Shown here: positions 18,214 to 26,586 of the stretch, one piece after another
Layout of the letters: every line of letters begins with the position of its first letter
Numbering within the stretch: the stretch's first letter is position 1
Assembly: GCA_031272995.1 (NCBI GenBank)
Contig: JAISSY010000054.1
Location: 2,589 to 66,588 of the forward strand
Direction: 5' to 3'
From: Azoarcus sp.
GTDB lineage: Bacteria; Pseudomonadota; Gammaproteobacteria; Burkholderiales; Rhodocyclaceae
DNA length: 64,000 nucleotides
Translations under genes and position numbers: made by a program
Notes under the pieces: generated by a model
What the model saw: only the letters and a program-made list of their open reading frames with translations
Told to the model about the DNA's origin: nothing
Databases searched by the model: none

Positions 18214-19010
18214 ACGCCACCGAACCGCGCCGCCGCTTTCTGGGCGCTTTCGCGGCTCTGGCGCTGTCGACCGGCGTCGTCGCCATGACGGTTCCGGTCG
18301 GAGCCGCCGCGGCGGCGGGCAAGATTCCCCGTCTCGACAACGGCAAGCCCGATTTCTCCGGCATCTGGCAAACGACGAGCGCTGCCGAATACGACCTCGA
18401 ACCCCACATCGGTCGCGTCGACGCGCCGCCGGGGCCGGGAGTCGTGATCGACGGCGACGGCTTCATCCCTTATCTGCCCAAGGCGCTCGAACAAAAACAA
18501 AAGAACTTCGCGGCGCGGCAGAGCGCCGACCCCACCGCCAAAGGCTACACGCAGGGCGTGCCGCGCCAGATATACAGCCTTTATCCGTTCCAGATTCTGC
18601 AACGGGCGCGCGACGTCACCATCGTCCCGCAGTTCGGCTATTCGATTCGCACCATCCACACCAACGGCACCAAACACCCGACCGAGGACAACGATTTCTG
18701 GCTCGGCGATTCGCGCGGACATTGGGAAGGCGACACGCTGGTGGTGGACATCACCGATTTCTACGACGAAACCTGGCTCGACCGCGCCGGCAACTTCCAC
18801 TCCTCCGACCTGCACGTGGTCGAACGCTGGAAGTTTCTCGACGCCAACACCATCGAATACCGGGCGACGCTGGAAGACCCGCAGGTGTACGCGCAGCCAT
18901 GGACGCTGAGCGTGATTCTTCACCGTCACCGCGAAAAGAACTTTCAACTGATCGAGGACTACCGCTACACGCTGCCCTACGACCAGTACTACCCGCCCAA
19001 GAAACCCTGA
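18210..19010 (+). CDS. Uncharacterised periplasmic protein (paralog A), putative Tat substrate
   Basis: TTG start overlaps the upstream TGA. RRRFL Tat-like motif; GKPDFSGIW and GDSRGHWEGDTLVV motifs shared with the next gene. Confidence 0.8.
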   Translation: MNATEPRRRFLGAFAALALSTGVVAMTVPVGAAAAAGKIPRLDNGKPDFSGIWQTTSAAEYDLEPHIGRVDAPPGPGVVIDGDGFIPYLPKALEQKQKNFAARQSADPTAKGYTQGVPRQIYSLYPFQILQRARDVTIVPQFGYSIRTIHTNGTKHPTEDNDFWLGDSRGHWEGDTLVVDITDFYDETWLDRAGNFHSSDLHVVERWKFLDANTIEYRATLEDPQVYAQPWTLSVILHRHREKNFQLIEDYRYTLPYDQYYPPKKP

Positions 19011-19037
19011 GCCATCAGTGAAACGGGATATATCTCC

Positions 19038-20054
19038 ATGAAACGCATTTTTCCGCTTCCCTCTCTGACGCTGGCGCTATTGACCGCGACCGCCGCCGTC
19101 GCCCAAACGCCGCCGCCCGCCGCGCCCGGACAACCGCAAACGCAAGTCCGTCAGGGCGGCATCGGTTTCGAGACGAGCTTCCCGCAAATCGCCGCCGCGA
19201 AATGGACGGGGCCGCGACTCAAGGACGGACAACCGGACGTTTCCGGCCACTGGTCGAACACCATCGCCAATCACAACAATTTCACCGACCCGCAGGGCGG
19301 CATCATTGGCGACCCGACGCCGCGCGCGGTGGCTTTCCGCGCCGCCAATCATCCGCGCGCGGAGCGCGCCCCCAGCCGGGTGAGCGACCCGGCGGACGGT
19401 CAGCCGCCGTTCCAGCCCTGGGCGGCGGCGAAGGTGAAGGAGTTTCAGGAAAACTTCAACAATCCGGTCAAGCCCGAATACACCGAGCCGAACGCCCGTT
19501 GCGCGCCGGGAGGCATCCCGAAATCCTTCTACTGGCACGGTTACGAAATCCGCCAGTATCCGGGCTATGTGCTCATCATGTTCAACAACGGCTATCGCCT
19601 GATTCATCTCGACGGCAAGCCGCATCTGCCGGAGCGGCTGAAGTTGTGGAACGGCGATTCGCGCGGCCATTGGGAAGGCAACACGCTGGTGGTGAGCGCG
19701 CGCAACGTCAACGGCAAGGCGCTGTTCGGTCGCTCCGGCGAGTTCTTCAGCGAAAACGCCAGGGTCGACGAGCGTTTCATCTTCGCCAACGACGGCAAAC
19801 GCTACAACTATGTTGCGGTCATCACCGACCCGACCGTGTTTACGCGCCCCTTCACCGTCACCATTCCGGCGCGGCGCTACACCGAAGCCGACAAATACAA
19901 CGAGTGGCATTACGAAGCCACGCCCGCCAATTACGACGGCAAAGCGCCGCTGCACGAGCGTTACGAGCGCATCTGCCACGAGAACAACGGCGGCTTCGGC
20001 GCGCCGGCAATCACATCGGCGCCAGCCGCCCCACCTGCGGCGACGAAAAACTGA
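19038..20054 (+). CDS. Uncharacterised periplasmic protein (paralog B)
   Basis: Sec-type signal peptide; GQPDVSGHW, RCAPGGIP, GDSRGHWEGNTLVV, ICHENN. Confidence 0.82.
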   Translation: MKRIFPLPSLTLALLTATAAVAQTPPPAAPGQPQTQVRQGGIGFETSFPQIAAAKWTGPRLKDGQPDVSGHWSNTIANHNNFTDPQGGIIGDPTPRAVAFRAANHPRAERAPSRVSDPADGQPPFQPWAAAKVKEFQENFNNPVKPEYTEPNARCAPGGIPKSFYWHGYEIRQYPGYVLIMFNNGYRLIHLDGKPHLPERLKLWNGDSRGHWEGNTLVVSARNVNGKALFGRSGEFFSENARVDERFIFANDGKRYNYVAVITDPTVFTRPFTVTIPARRYTEADKYNEWHYEATPANYDGKAPLHERYERICHENNGGFGAPAITSAPAAPPAATKN

Positions 20055-20102
20055 ACCCCAACGACACCTCCTCTCCCATCACCATCGAAAGGTTTATCTC
20101 CC

Positions 20103-20597
20103 ATGTCCATCCTGCTTGAATTCGCCCAAGACTTGCAGCATTCGGGGCTTGGCACGGCGCTGGCCGAGTCGCGCTACGCGTTTCCGATCATCGAGGGCAC
20201 GCATCTGATCGGGCTTTCCATCTCGGTCGGATTGCTGTTTCTCATCGACCTGCGCCTGATCGGAGCGTTTCTGAAACAGGTGCCGGCGAACACGCTGCTG
20301 CGGCAGTTGTTGCCCATCGTGCTGTGGGGCTTCGCCGTCATCTTCGTCACCGGATTGCTGCTGTTTACCGCCGAGGCGGACACGATCATCGTCAGCCCGG
20401 TCTTCCCGATCAAGCTCCTGTTGCTGTTGCTGGGCGGCCTGAACGCGCTCTATTTCGAGTTCAAGCTCTCGCGCGAGCTGGAGTTCCAGAACAGCACCGC
20501 CGCCGTACTGCCCGCCAAGGTGCGCTACGCCGGCTACGCCTCGCTCATCCTGTGGGTGCTGGTCATCATCGCCGGGCGCATGTTGGCCTATCTCTAA
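20103..20597 (+). CDS. DUF6644-type 4-TM membrane protein (copy 1)
   Basis: EGTHLIG...DLRLIG, four hydrophobic segments, C-terminal LW...AGR. Confidence 0.75.
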   Translation: MSILLEFAQDLQHSGLGTALAESRYAFPIIEGTHLIGLSISVGLLFLIDLRLIGAFLKQVPANTLLRQLLPIVLWGFAVIFVTGLLLFTAEADTIIVSPVFPIKLLLLLLGGLNALYFEFKLSRELEFQNSTAAVLPAKVRYAGYASLILWVLVIIAGRMLAYL

Positions 20598-20615
20598 TAA
20601 TTCGGAGTCATACGC

Positions 20616-21089
20616 ATGTCTACACTCGACGTTTTGACCGCGCTGGCCGCCAGCCCTCTCGGACAGGCCATCGGCCAGTCCAACCACCTCGTGGGCGCGA
20701 CGGCGCAGGTGTTTCACATTCTGGGCTTCGTCGCCCTGCTCGCCTCGGTGGTGTTTATAAACCTGCGCCTGCTCGGACGGGTGTTGCCCAACGTGCCCTT
20801 GCAGGAGGTCGTTCGCCTGCCGGTGAAATTCATCTGGTGGGGATTCGGCTTCGCCAGCGTCAGCGGCCTGCTGATGTTCATCGCGGTGCCGACGCTGTAT
20901 TACGCCAACCCGGCGTTCATCCTCAAGCTGGTGCTGTACGTGCTCGCCATCGTCTTCCAGATCGTCCTCTACCAATACACGCTGCGCCAAAAGAATCCCG
21001 AAAAATCGCTGGTTTTGGCGAGCGTGGCGCTGTCGGTGATTCTGTGGTTCGGCGTCGGGCTGGCGGGTCGGGCGATCGGCTATGTCTAG
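20616..21089 (+). CDS. DUF6644-type 4-TM membrane protein (copy 2)
   Basis: QVFHILG...NLRLLG, FILKL, LW...AGR; same motif layout as copy 1. Confidence 0.75.
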   Translation: MSTLDVLTALAASPLGQAIGQSNHLVGATAQVFHILGFVALLASVVFINLRLLGRVLPNVPLQEVVRLPVKFIWWGFGFASVSGLLMFIAVPTLYYANPAFILKLVLYVLAIVFQIVLYQYTLRQKNPEKSLVLASVALSVILWFGVGLAGRAIGYV

Positions 21090-21678
21090 GATTCCCGCTC
21101 CGCGCCTCGCCGCGCCCACCGCGCTCGCGCTTGCGCTGTCCGCCCTCGTCGTGCTGGCGGCGGCTTGCAGCGACGGCCACGCCTCGCGCACGGCCACGCC
21201 GCCCTTCAAGGTGAGCGCCACGATTCAGGAAATCATGGCCAACATCATCGACCCCGCCGCCGACGAGACCTGGGAATCGGTGAGCGAGGAATGGGACAAA
21301 GACGGCCACCGCGAGCACAAACCCGAAACCGACGAGCAATGGCTCGCGGTGCTCAACCACGCCGTCGCCTTGCAGGAGTCCGCCGATTTGCTGACGATTC
21401 CGGGGCGCGCCGTCGCGCCGCCGGGAAAGAATCTGGAGGATTCCGGCGTCGCCGGCATTCTCGACGCCGCCGGCGTGGAAGCGGCGATCAAAATCGACCC
21501 GGAGGCTTACGCAGCCTTCATCGCCGCCTACCACGAAGCCGCGCATGAACTGGTCGTCGCCGCACAGAACCGGGACGTCGAAAGTTTGAAACTCGGCGGC
21601 GCGCGACTGGACGCGGTTTGCGAAGCCTGCCACGCCCGTTTCTGGTATCCCGATGCGCAAAAAGCTCCGACGCGCTGA
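21082..21678 (+). CDS. Lipoprotein c-type cytochrome, class II (four-helix-bundle) like
   Basis: Lipobox LAAAC; single CEACH near the C-terminus (nt 21619-21633); helical, Ala-rich. Confidence 0.78.
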   Translation: MSRIPAPRLAAPTALALALSALVVLAAACSDGHASRTATPPFKVSATIQEIMANIIDPAADETWESVSEEWDKDGHREHKPETDEQWLAVLNHAVALQESADLLTIPGRAVAPPGKNLEDSGVAGILDAAGVEAAIKIDPEAYAAFIAAYHEAAHELVVAAQNRDVESLKLGGARLDAVCEACHARFWYPDAQKAPTR

Positions 21679-22096
21679 GTTCGCGCTCCTCCTGTTGCTG
21701 CTGCTTCCCGCGCTGGTCGTCGCCGGGGCGGCGAAGAACAACGCCGTCCTGCGTCTGATGAAGGCCAAGGTCATTCCCGCCTCCACCGTCGTGTTCGAAG
21801 CGGCAGCCGAAGCGCCGGCGAACGGCGCCGGCTGGCAGGCGGCGCTGCAAGCAGCTGACGCGCTCGCCGCCGCAGCTGAGGAACTGAAGCCGACGCCGCG
21901 CGGTTTCGCGGCGACGCCATGGCAGAACGACGTCGCCGCTTTCGCCGACGCGGCGCGCGCCACACGTCAGGCCGTCGCCCGCCGCGACGCCGCCGCACTG
22001 GAAGCGTCGAACGGCGCGCTCTACCAAAGCTGCGAAACCTGCCACACCGACTACCCGCCGCGTGCGGTTTCCGCGCGCGTTTCCGCCCGACCCTGA
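21653..22096 (+). CDS. Periplasmic c-type cytochrome, class II like
   Basis: Signal peptide; C-terminal CETCH (nt 22031-22045); paralogous layout to the upstream cytochrome. Confidence 0.72.
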   Translation: MRKKLRRAEFALLLLLLLPALVVAGAAKNNAVLRLMKAKVIPASTVVFEAAAEAPANGAGWQAALQAADALAAAAEELKPTPRGFAATPWQNDVAAFADAARATRQAVARRDAAALEASNGALYQSCETCHTDYPPRAVSARVSARP

Positions 22097-22117
22097 ACTT
22101 CGTTTCGTTTTCATTCC

Positions 22118-22789
22118 ATGAGCTACGCACCCGCTTTCACCACTTCCTACGCCGCCCGCCAGCGCGACCCGCGCCGCCATTTGACCGGCATCGTTCTGGC
22201 GGTGATTTTCCACGTCGCGCTCGGCTATGCGCTGTTGAACGGGCTGGCGCGCGAGGTCGTCAAGGCGATCCGCGACCCGTTGTCGGTGCGGCTGATCGAG
22301 GAAATCAGGCCGTCGCCGCCGCCTCCCCCGCCGCCGCCGCCGAAAAAAATCGCCCGCGTGCAGGCCAAGCCGCGCGCCACGCCGCCGCCGGCATGGGTTC
22401 CGCCGCCGGAAGTTCAGGTCACCGCGCCGACGGTGGAGCCGCCAATCACCGTGGTGCAGCAGGCCGCACCCCCCGAACCCGCGCCTGCGGTGGCCGCGCC
22501 TGCGCCCGCTCCGGTCGCCGCCGCCATCGGCGTCACCTGCCCCAACCACCTGAGCATCCGCAGCAGCGTGGATTACCCGCCGCAAGCCTTGCGCCTGAAC
22601 AAAAGCGGAGAGGTGGTGGCGGAATTCGTCGTCGATACGAAGGGAAAGATCGGCAACGTCCGCATCGCCAAATCCAGCGACCCGATTTTCAACAAAGCCG
22701 TCACCGACGCCGTGCGCCGCTTCAACTGCGTCGGGCAAGGCCGTCCGGTGCGCGTCACCGTGCCTTTCCAGTTCGCGCTGGAAAACTGA
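22118..22789 (+). CDS. tonB: Energy transducer TonB
   Basis: N-terminal TM with SxxxH-type His (AVIFHVA), Pro-rich linker, YPPQA C-terminal domain. Confidence 0.9.
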   Translation: MSYAPAFTTSYAARQRDPRRHLTGIVLAVIFHVALGYALLNGLAREVVKAIRDPLSVRLIEEIRPSPPPPPPPPPKKIARVQAKPRATPPPAWVPPPEVQVTAPTVEPPITVVQQAAPPEPAPAVAAPAPAPVAAAIGVTCPNHLSIRSSVDYPPQALRLNKSGEVVAEFVVDTKGKIGNVRIAKSSDPIFNKAVTDAVRRFNCVGQGRPVRVTVPFQFALEN

Positions 22790-22823
22790 AGGCGCTCATC
22801 TTTTTATTTCCCCGGAGAACGTC

Positions 22824-23579
22824 ATGGCCGACCCTGTCATCGCTACCCATCTCGCCGCCGAAGTCATCGCCAATCCCTACGGGCTGGACGCCCTGTGGGC
22901 GCAAGGCGATTTCGTCGCCAAGGGCACCCTGATCATCCTGCTGCTGCTGTCGGCGGCAAGCTGGTACGTCATCTTCACCAAACTCTACGAACAGGAAAAA
23001 CTGCGCCGTCACGCCCGCGAAGCGCAGCGCAAATTCTGGATCGCCGCCGGCATCCGCGAAGGCGCAGACGCGCTCGATCCGAACGGCGCTTTCCGCTTCA
23101 TCGCCCAATCCGGGCTGAACGCCAAGGAGCGCCACGTCGGCCTGCTCGAACACATCGACCTCAACACCTGGATCGGCCAATCCATCCAGCGCGCGGTCGA
23201 AAACGTGCAGACGCGCTTGCAGGACGGGCTGGCGCTGCTCGCCACCGTCGGCTCCACCGCGCCGTTCATCGGGCTGTTCGGCACCGTCTGGGGCATCTAC
23301 CACGCCCTCACCGCCATCGGCATCGCCGGACAGGCGTCGATCGACAAGGTGGCCGGCCCGGTGGGCGAATCGCTGATCATGACCGCCATCGGTCTGGCAG
23401 TGGCCGTTCCCGCCGTGCTCGGCTACAACTGGCTGGTTCGCCGCAACAAGACCGCCCTCGACGAGGTGCGCGCCTTCGGCGCCGACTTGCACGCGACGCT
23501 GCTGGGCGGCGAAACCGCGCACAGCGCCGCCGCCAGCGTCGGCGTGGCGTCGGCCAAGCTCGCCGTGGCGCGGGGCTGA
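22824..23579 (+). CDS. exbB: ExbB / MotA-TolQ proton channel
   Basis: LATVGSTAPFIGLFGTVWGI and ESLIMTAIGL motifs. Confidence 0.93.
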   Translation: MADPVIATHLAAEVIANPYGLDALWAQGDFVAKGTLIILLLLSAASWYVIFTKLYEQEKLRRHAREAQRKFWIAAGIREGADALDPNGAFRFIAQSGLNAKERHVGLLEHIDLNTWIGQSIQRAVENVQTRLQDGLALLATVGSTAPFIGLFGTVWGIYHALTAIGIAGQASIDKVAGPVGESLIMTAIGLAVAVPAVLGYNWLVRRNKTALDEVRAFGADLHATLLGGETAHSAAASVGVASAKLAVARG

Positions 23580-23581
23580 CC

Positions 23582-24004
23582 ATGGGAATGAACGTCTCGA
23601 CCGGCGGCGACGACGAGGAAGTCATCTCCGCCATCAACACCACGCCGCTGGTGGACGTGATGCTGGTGCTGCTCATCATCTTTCTCATCACCATTCCGGT
23701 GGCGATTCAGGTCGTGCCGGTGCGACTGCCCGAACAGAACAATCTGGCGCTGGAAACCAAACCGGAGAACGTCAACCTGTCGGTGACGCGCGGCGGGCGG
23801 GTGTACTGGAATCAGGAATGGCTCGAAGACGACGCGCTGCTGGCGCGGCTGAAAGAGACCGCGACGCTTCAGCCGCAACCGGAAGTCCACATCCGCGGCG
23901 ACGGCGGCGCGCCATACGAGCACATCGGGCGCGTCGTGCTCGCCTGCCAGCGCGCCGGCATCGCCAAGGTCGGATTCATCACCGAACCGCCGCCACGCGG
24001 CTGA
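23582..24004 (+). CDS. exbD: ExbD/TolR (copy 1)
   Basis: INTTPLVDVMLVLLIIF and IRGD motifs; true start ATG 23582 lies inside the longer ORF-track entry. Confidence 0.92.
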   Translation: MGMNVSTGGDDEEVISAINTTPLVDVMLVLLIIFLITIPVAIQVVPVRLPEQNNLALETKPENVNLSVTRGGRVYWNQEWLEDDALLARLKETATLQPQPEVHIRGDGGAPYEHIGRVVLACQRAGIAKVGFITEPPPRG

Positions 24005-24017
24005 GGAGAAAGACATC

Positions 24018-24446
24018 ATGGCCATGACCGTAGGCTCTCCCGCCGCCGACGCCGCACCGGAAGTGATGGTGGACATCAACACCACGCCCTTGATCGACGT
24101 GATGCTGGTACTGCTCATCATGCTGATCGTCACCATCCCGATCCAGTTGCACGCGGTCAAGCTCGATCTGCCGCAAGGCAACCCGCCCCCGCCGCTGGTG
24201 GAGCCGGAAGTGGTGCGCATCAATATCGAAAGCGACGGAATCGTTTACTGGAACGGCGAAGCCGTCGAGAGCCTCGCCGTCCTCGAACCCCGTCTGCAAG
24301 CCGCCGCCCTGCAACCGACGCCGCCCGAAATCCACGTCCGCCCGGATCGCGCCGTGCTCTACGACACCGTCGCCGCCGTAATGGCGGCGATTCAGCGCAA
24401 CGGTTTGACCAAGGTGGGTTTGGTGGGGGCGGAACAGTTTTTGTGA
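24018..24446 (+). CDS. exbD: ExbD/TolR (copy 2)
   Basis: INTTPLIDVMLVLLIML motif. Confidence 0.92.
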   Translation: MAMTVGSPAADAAPEVMVDINTTPLIDVMLVLLIMLIVTIPIQLHAVKLDLPQGNPPPPLVEPEVVRINIESDGIVYWNGEAVESLAVLEPRLQAAALQPTPPEIHVRPDRAVLYDTVAAVMAAIQRNGLTKVGLVGAEQFL

Positions 24447-24483
24447 CGGGAACGCTCGCCGATGCGCGTGACCGCTTTCTCCC

Positions 24484-25266
24484 TCACCCGCCGACCTTCT
24501 CCAGCAGCCGCTTGATGAATTGCACCGGAATCGCGTAGCTGATGCCGGAGGGCTGGCTGAGGACGTTTTCCTTGCTGCCCTTGACGAGCACCATGTTGAC
24601 GATGCCGAGCACCTTGCCGCTGTCGGCATCGTAGAGCGGGCTGCCGCTATTGCCGGGGTAGGCGGTGGCGTCGAGCTGGTAGACGTGCATGGCGTCGCGT
24701 TGCAGGTTGCGAATCATCGTGGTGCTGAGTTCGGCGGCGTTGCGTTGCGGCATCGCGAACGGGGTGACGGCGGCGACGATGCCGCGATGGGTGGCGGGCA
24801 CCATGCCGAGCACGCCGCCGATGGGAAAGCCGGTGAAGGCGATGCGCTGGCCTTCGCGCGCCGCCTCTCCCAAGGGCAGCGCGGGCAACGGCGCGCCGTC
24901 GTCGAAACGCAGCAGGGCGAGATCGCGCACGGAGTCGATTTCCAGCCGCGTCAATTGCCGCACGCGGCGCTCCGGGCTTTCGCCGGCTTGCACCATGACC
25001 AGCGTCTCCATGCTTTCGCTGGCGAGGATTTCCGGCAAGACGTGCGCGTTGGTGACGACGTGACGACCGTTGCCGACCACGAAACCGGTGCCGCGAAACT
25101 GGAACGACGGGCTGCGAGTGCGCTGCCAAGTGCCGATGGCGACCACCGACGGTTTGACGCGCGCAATCGTGTCGACGAGATCGGCGCGCGCCGGAGCGGC
25201 GGCGGCAAGCGCCATGCAGGCCGCCAACGCGGCGCGCAACAGGCGACGACGCGCGTCCACGAACAC
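24484..25266 (-). CDS. Secreted trypsin-like (S1) serine protease
   Basis: Triad TNAHV / RDLALL / GNSGSP; signal peptide; SD GGAGG; GTG start overlaps the upstream TAG. Confidence 0.85.
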   Translation of the reverse strand: MFVDARRRLLRAALAACMALAAAAPARADLVDTIARVKPSVVAIGTWQRTRSPSFQFRGTGFVVGNGRHVVTNAHVLPEILASESMETLVMVQAGESPERRVRQLTRLEIDSVRDLALLRFDDGAPLPALPLGEAAREGQRIAFTGFPIGGVLGMVPATHRGIVAAVTPFAMPQRNAAELSTTMIRNLQRDAMHVYQLDATAYPGNSGSPLYDADSGKVLGIVNMVLVKGSKENVLSQPSGISYAIPVQFIKRLLEKVGG

Positions 25267-26561
25267 TACAACCTCCAGACCACGGCCCCCGCCGCTTCCA
25301 GCGCGGCCTTGTCGTGGCAGGATTTGACGTCGGTGAAGATGCCGCCGCGTTCGAGTTTCTTCAGCAGGCTTTCGACCGGCATTTGCACGTAGGCGTCGTG
25401 CGCCACGGCGGCGACGATGGCGGTGGCGCGCGGCAGTTCGTCCCAGTCGAGCAGGTCGATGCCGTATTCGTGCTTGGCTTCGCCCGGCGCGGCGACGGCG
25501 TCGTGCACGAATACGTTGCAGCCGAAGCTCCGCAATTCTTGGATGACGTCGACCACCTTGCTGTTGCGCAAGTCGGGGCAGTTTTCCTTGAAGGTGAGGC
25601 CAAGCACCACGACGTTGGCGCCCTTGACCGCGAAACCGGCGTTGATGATCTGTTTCACCGTCTGCTGCGCGACGTATTCGCCCATGCTGTCGTTGATGCG
25701 CCGCCCGGCGAGGATGACTTGCGGGTGGTAGCCGATCATCTCGGCCTTGTGGGTCAGGTAGTACGGGTCGACGCCGATGCAGTGCCCGCCGACCAGACCG
25801 GGACGGAAAGGCAGGAAGTTCCACTTGGTGCCCGCCGCTTTCAGCACTTCCAGCGTGTCGATCCCCATGCGATGGAAAATGACGGACAACTCGTTCATCA
25901 GCGCGATGTTGAGGTCGCGTTGGGTGTTTTCGATCACCTTGGCGGCCTCGGCGACGCGAATCGAGGAGGCCGGATGCACCCCGGCGGTGATGACCGAGGC
26001 GTACATCTTTCGCACGGTCTCCAGCGTTTCCGGGGTGTCGCCGGAGACCACCTTGACGATTTTGGTGACGGTGCGTTCCTTGTCGCCGGGGTTGATGCGT
26101 TCGGGGGAATAGCCGACGAAGAAATCCTTTTTCCACTTCAGGCCCGATTCGCGTTCGAGAATCGGGATGCACACTTCCTCGGTGGCGCCGGGGTAGACGG
26201 TGGATTCATAGACGACGATGGCGCCACGCTTGAGGTTGCGACCGACGATGGTCGAGGAACTCACCAGCGGCGAAAAATCCGGTTGATGCGCGTCGTCGAC
26301 CGGCGTCGGCACGGCGACGATGACGAAATCGGCCTCTTTCAGAACCGCCGGATCGGTGTGGCAGGAAAGTTGCGTCGCCATGGCGAGATCGGCGGCGGAG
26401 ACCTCCCCGGTGGGGTCATGCCCTTCGCGATAGGCCGCCACCTTGGCCGCCGACAAATCGAAACCCACGGTCGGATATTTTTTGCCGAATTGCACCGCCA
26501 GCGGCAAACCGACGTAACCCAACCCCACCACTCCGACTTTTAGTGTTTTATGCGGACTCAC
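25266..26561 (-). CDS. UDP-glucose/GDP-mannose-family nucleotide-sugar dehydrogenase (TviB/WbpO-like)
   Basis: GLGYVG, YESTVYPG, SPERINPG, GGHCIGVDPYY, TFKENCPD. Confidence 0.92.
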   Translation of the reverse strand: MSPHKTLKVGVVGLGYVGLPLAVQFGKKYPTVGFDLSAAKVAAYREGHDPTGEVSAADLAMATQLSCHTDPAVLKEADFVIVAVPTPVDDAHQPDFSPLVSSSTIVGRNLKRGAIVVYESTVYPGATEEVCIPILERESGLKWKKDFFVGYSPERINPGDKERTVTKIVKVVSGDTPETLETVRKMYASVITAGVHPASSIRVAEAAKVIENTQRDLNIALMNELSVIFHRMGIDTLEVLKAAGTKWNFLPFRPGLVGGHCIGVDPYYLTHKAEMIGYHPQVILAGRRINDSMGEYVAQQTVKQIINAGFAVKGANVVVLGLTFKENCPDLRNSKVVDVIQELRSFGCNVFVHDAVAAPGEAKHEYGIDLLDWDELPRATAIVAAVAHDAYVQMPVESLLKKLERGGIFTDVKSCHDKAALEAAGAVVWRL

Positions 26562-26586
26562 GAAAGCTCCCTTGAAGTTCGTTGTT

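Noticed and set aside
22310-22520. CCG-rich repeats in tonB
   Set aside because: They simply encode the normal Pro-rich periplasmic spacer.
12785-24446. Possible mobile element carrying the receptor operon
   Set aside because: No transposase, integrase or flanking direct repeats seen; treated as an accessory islet only.
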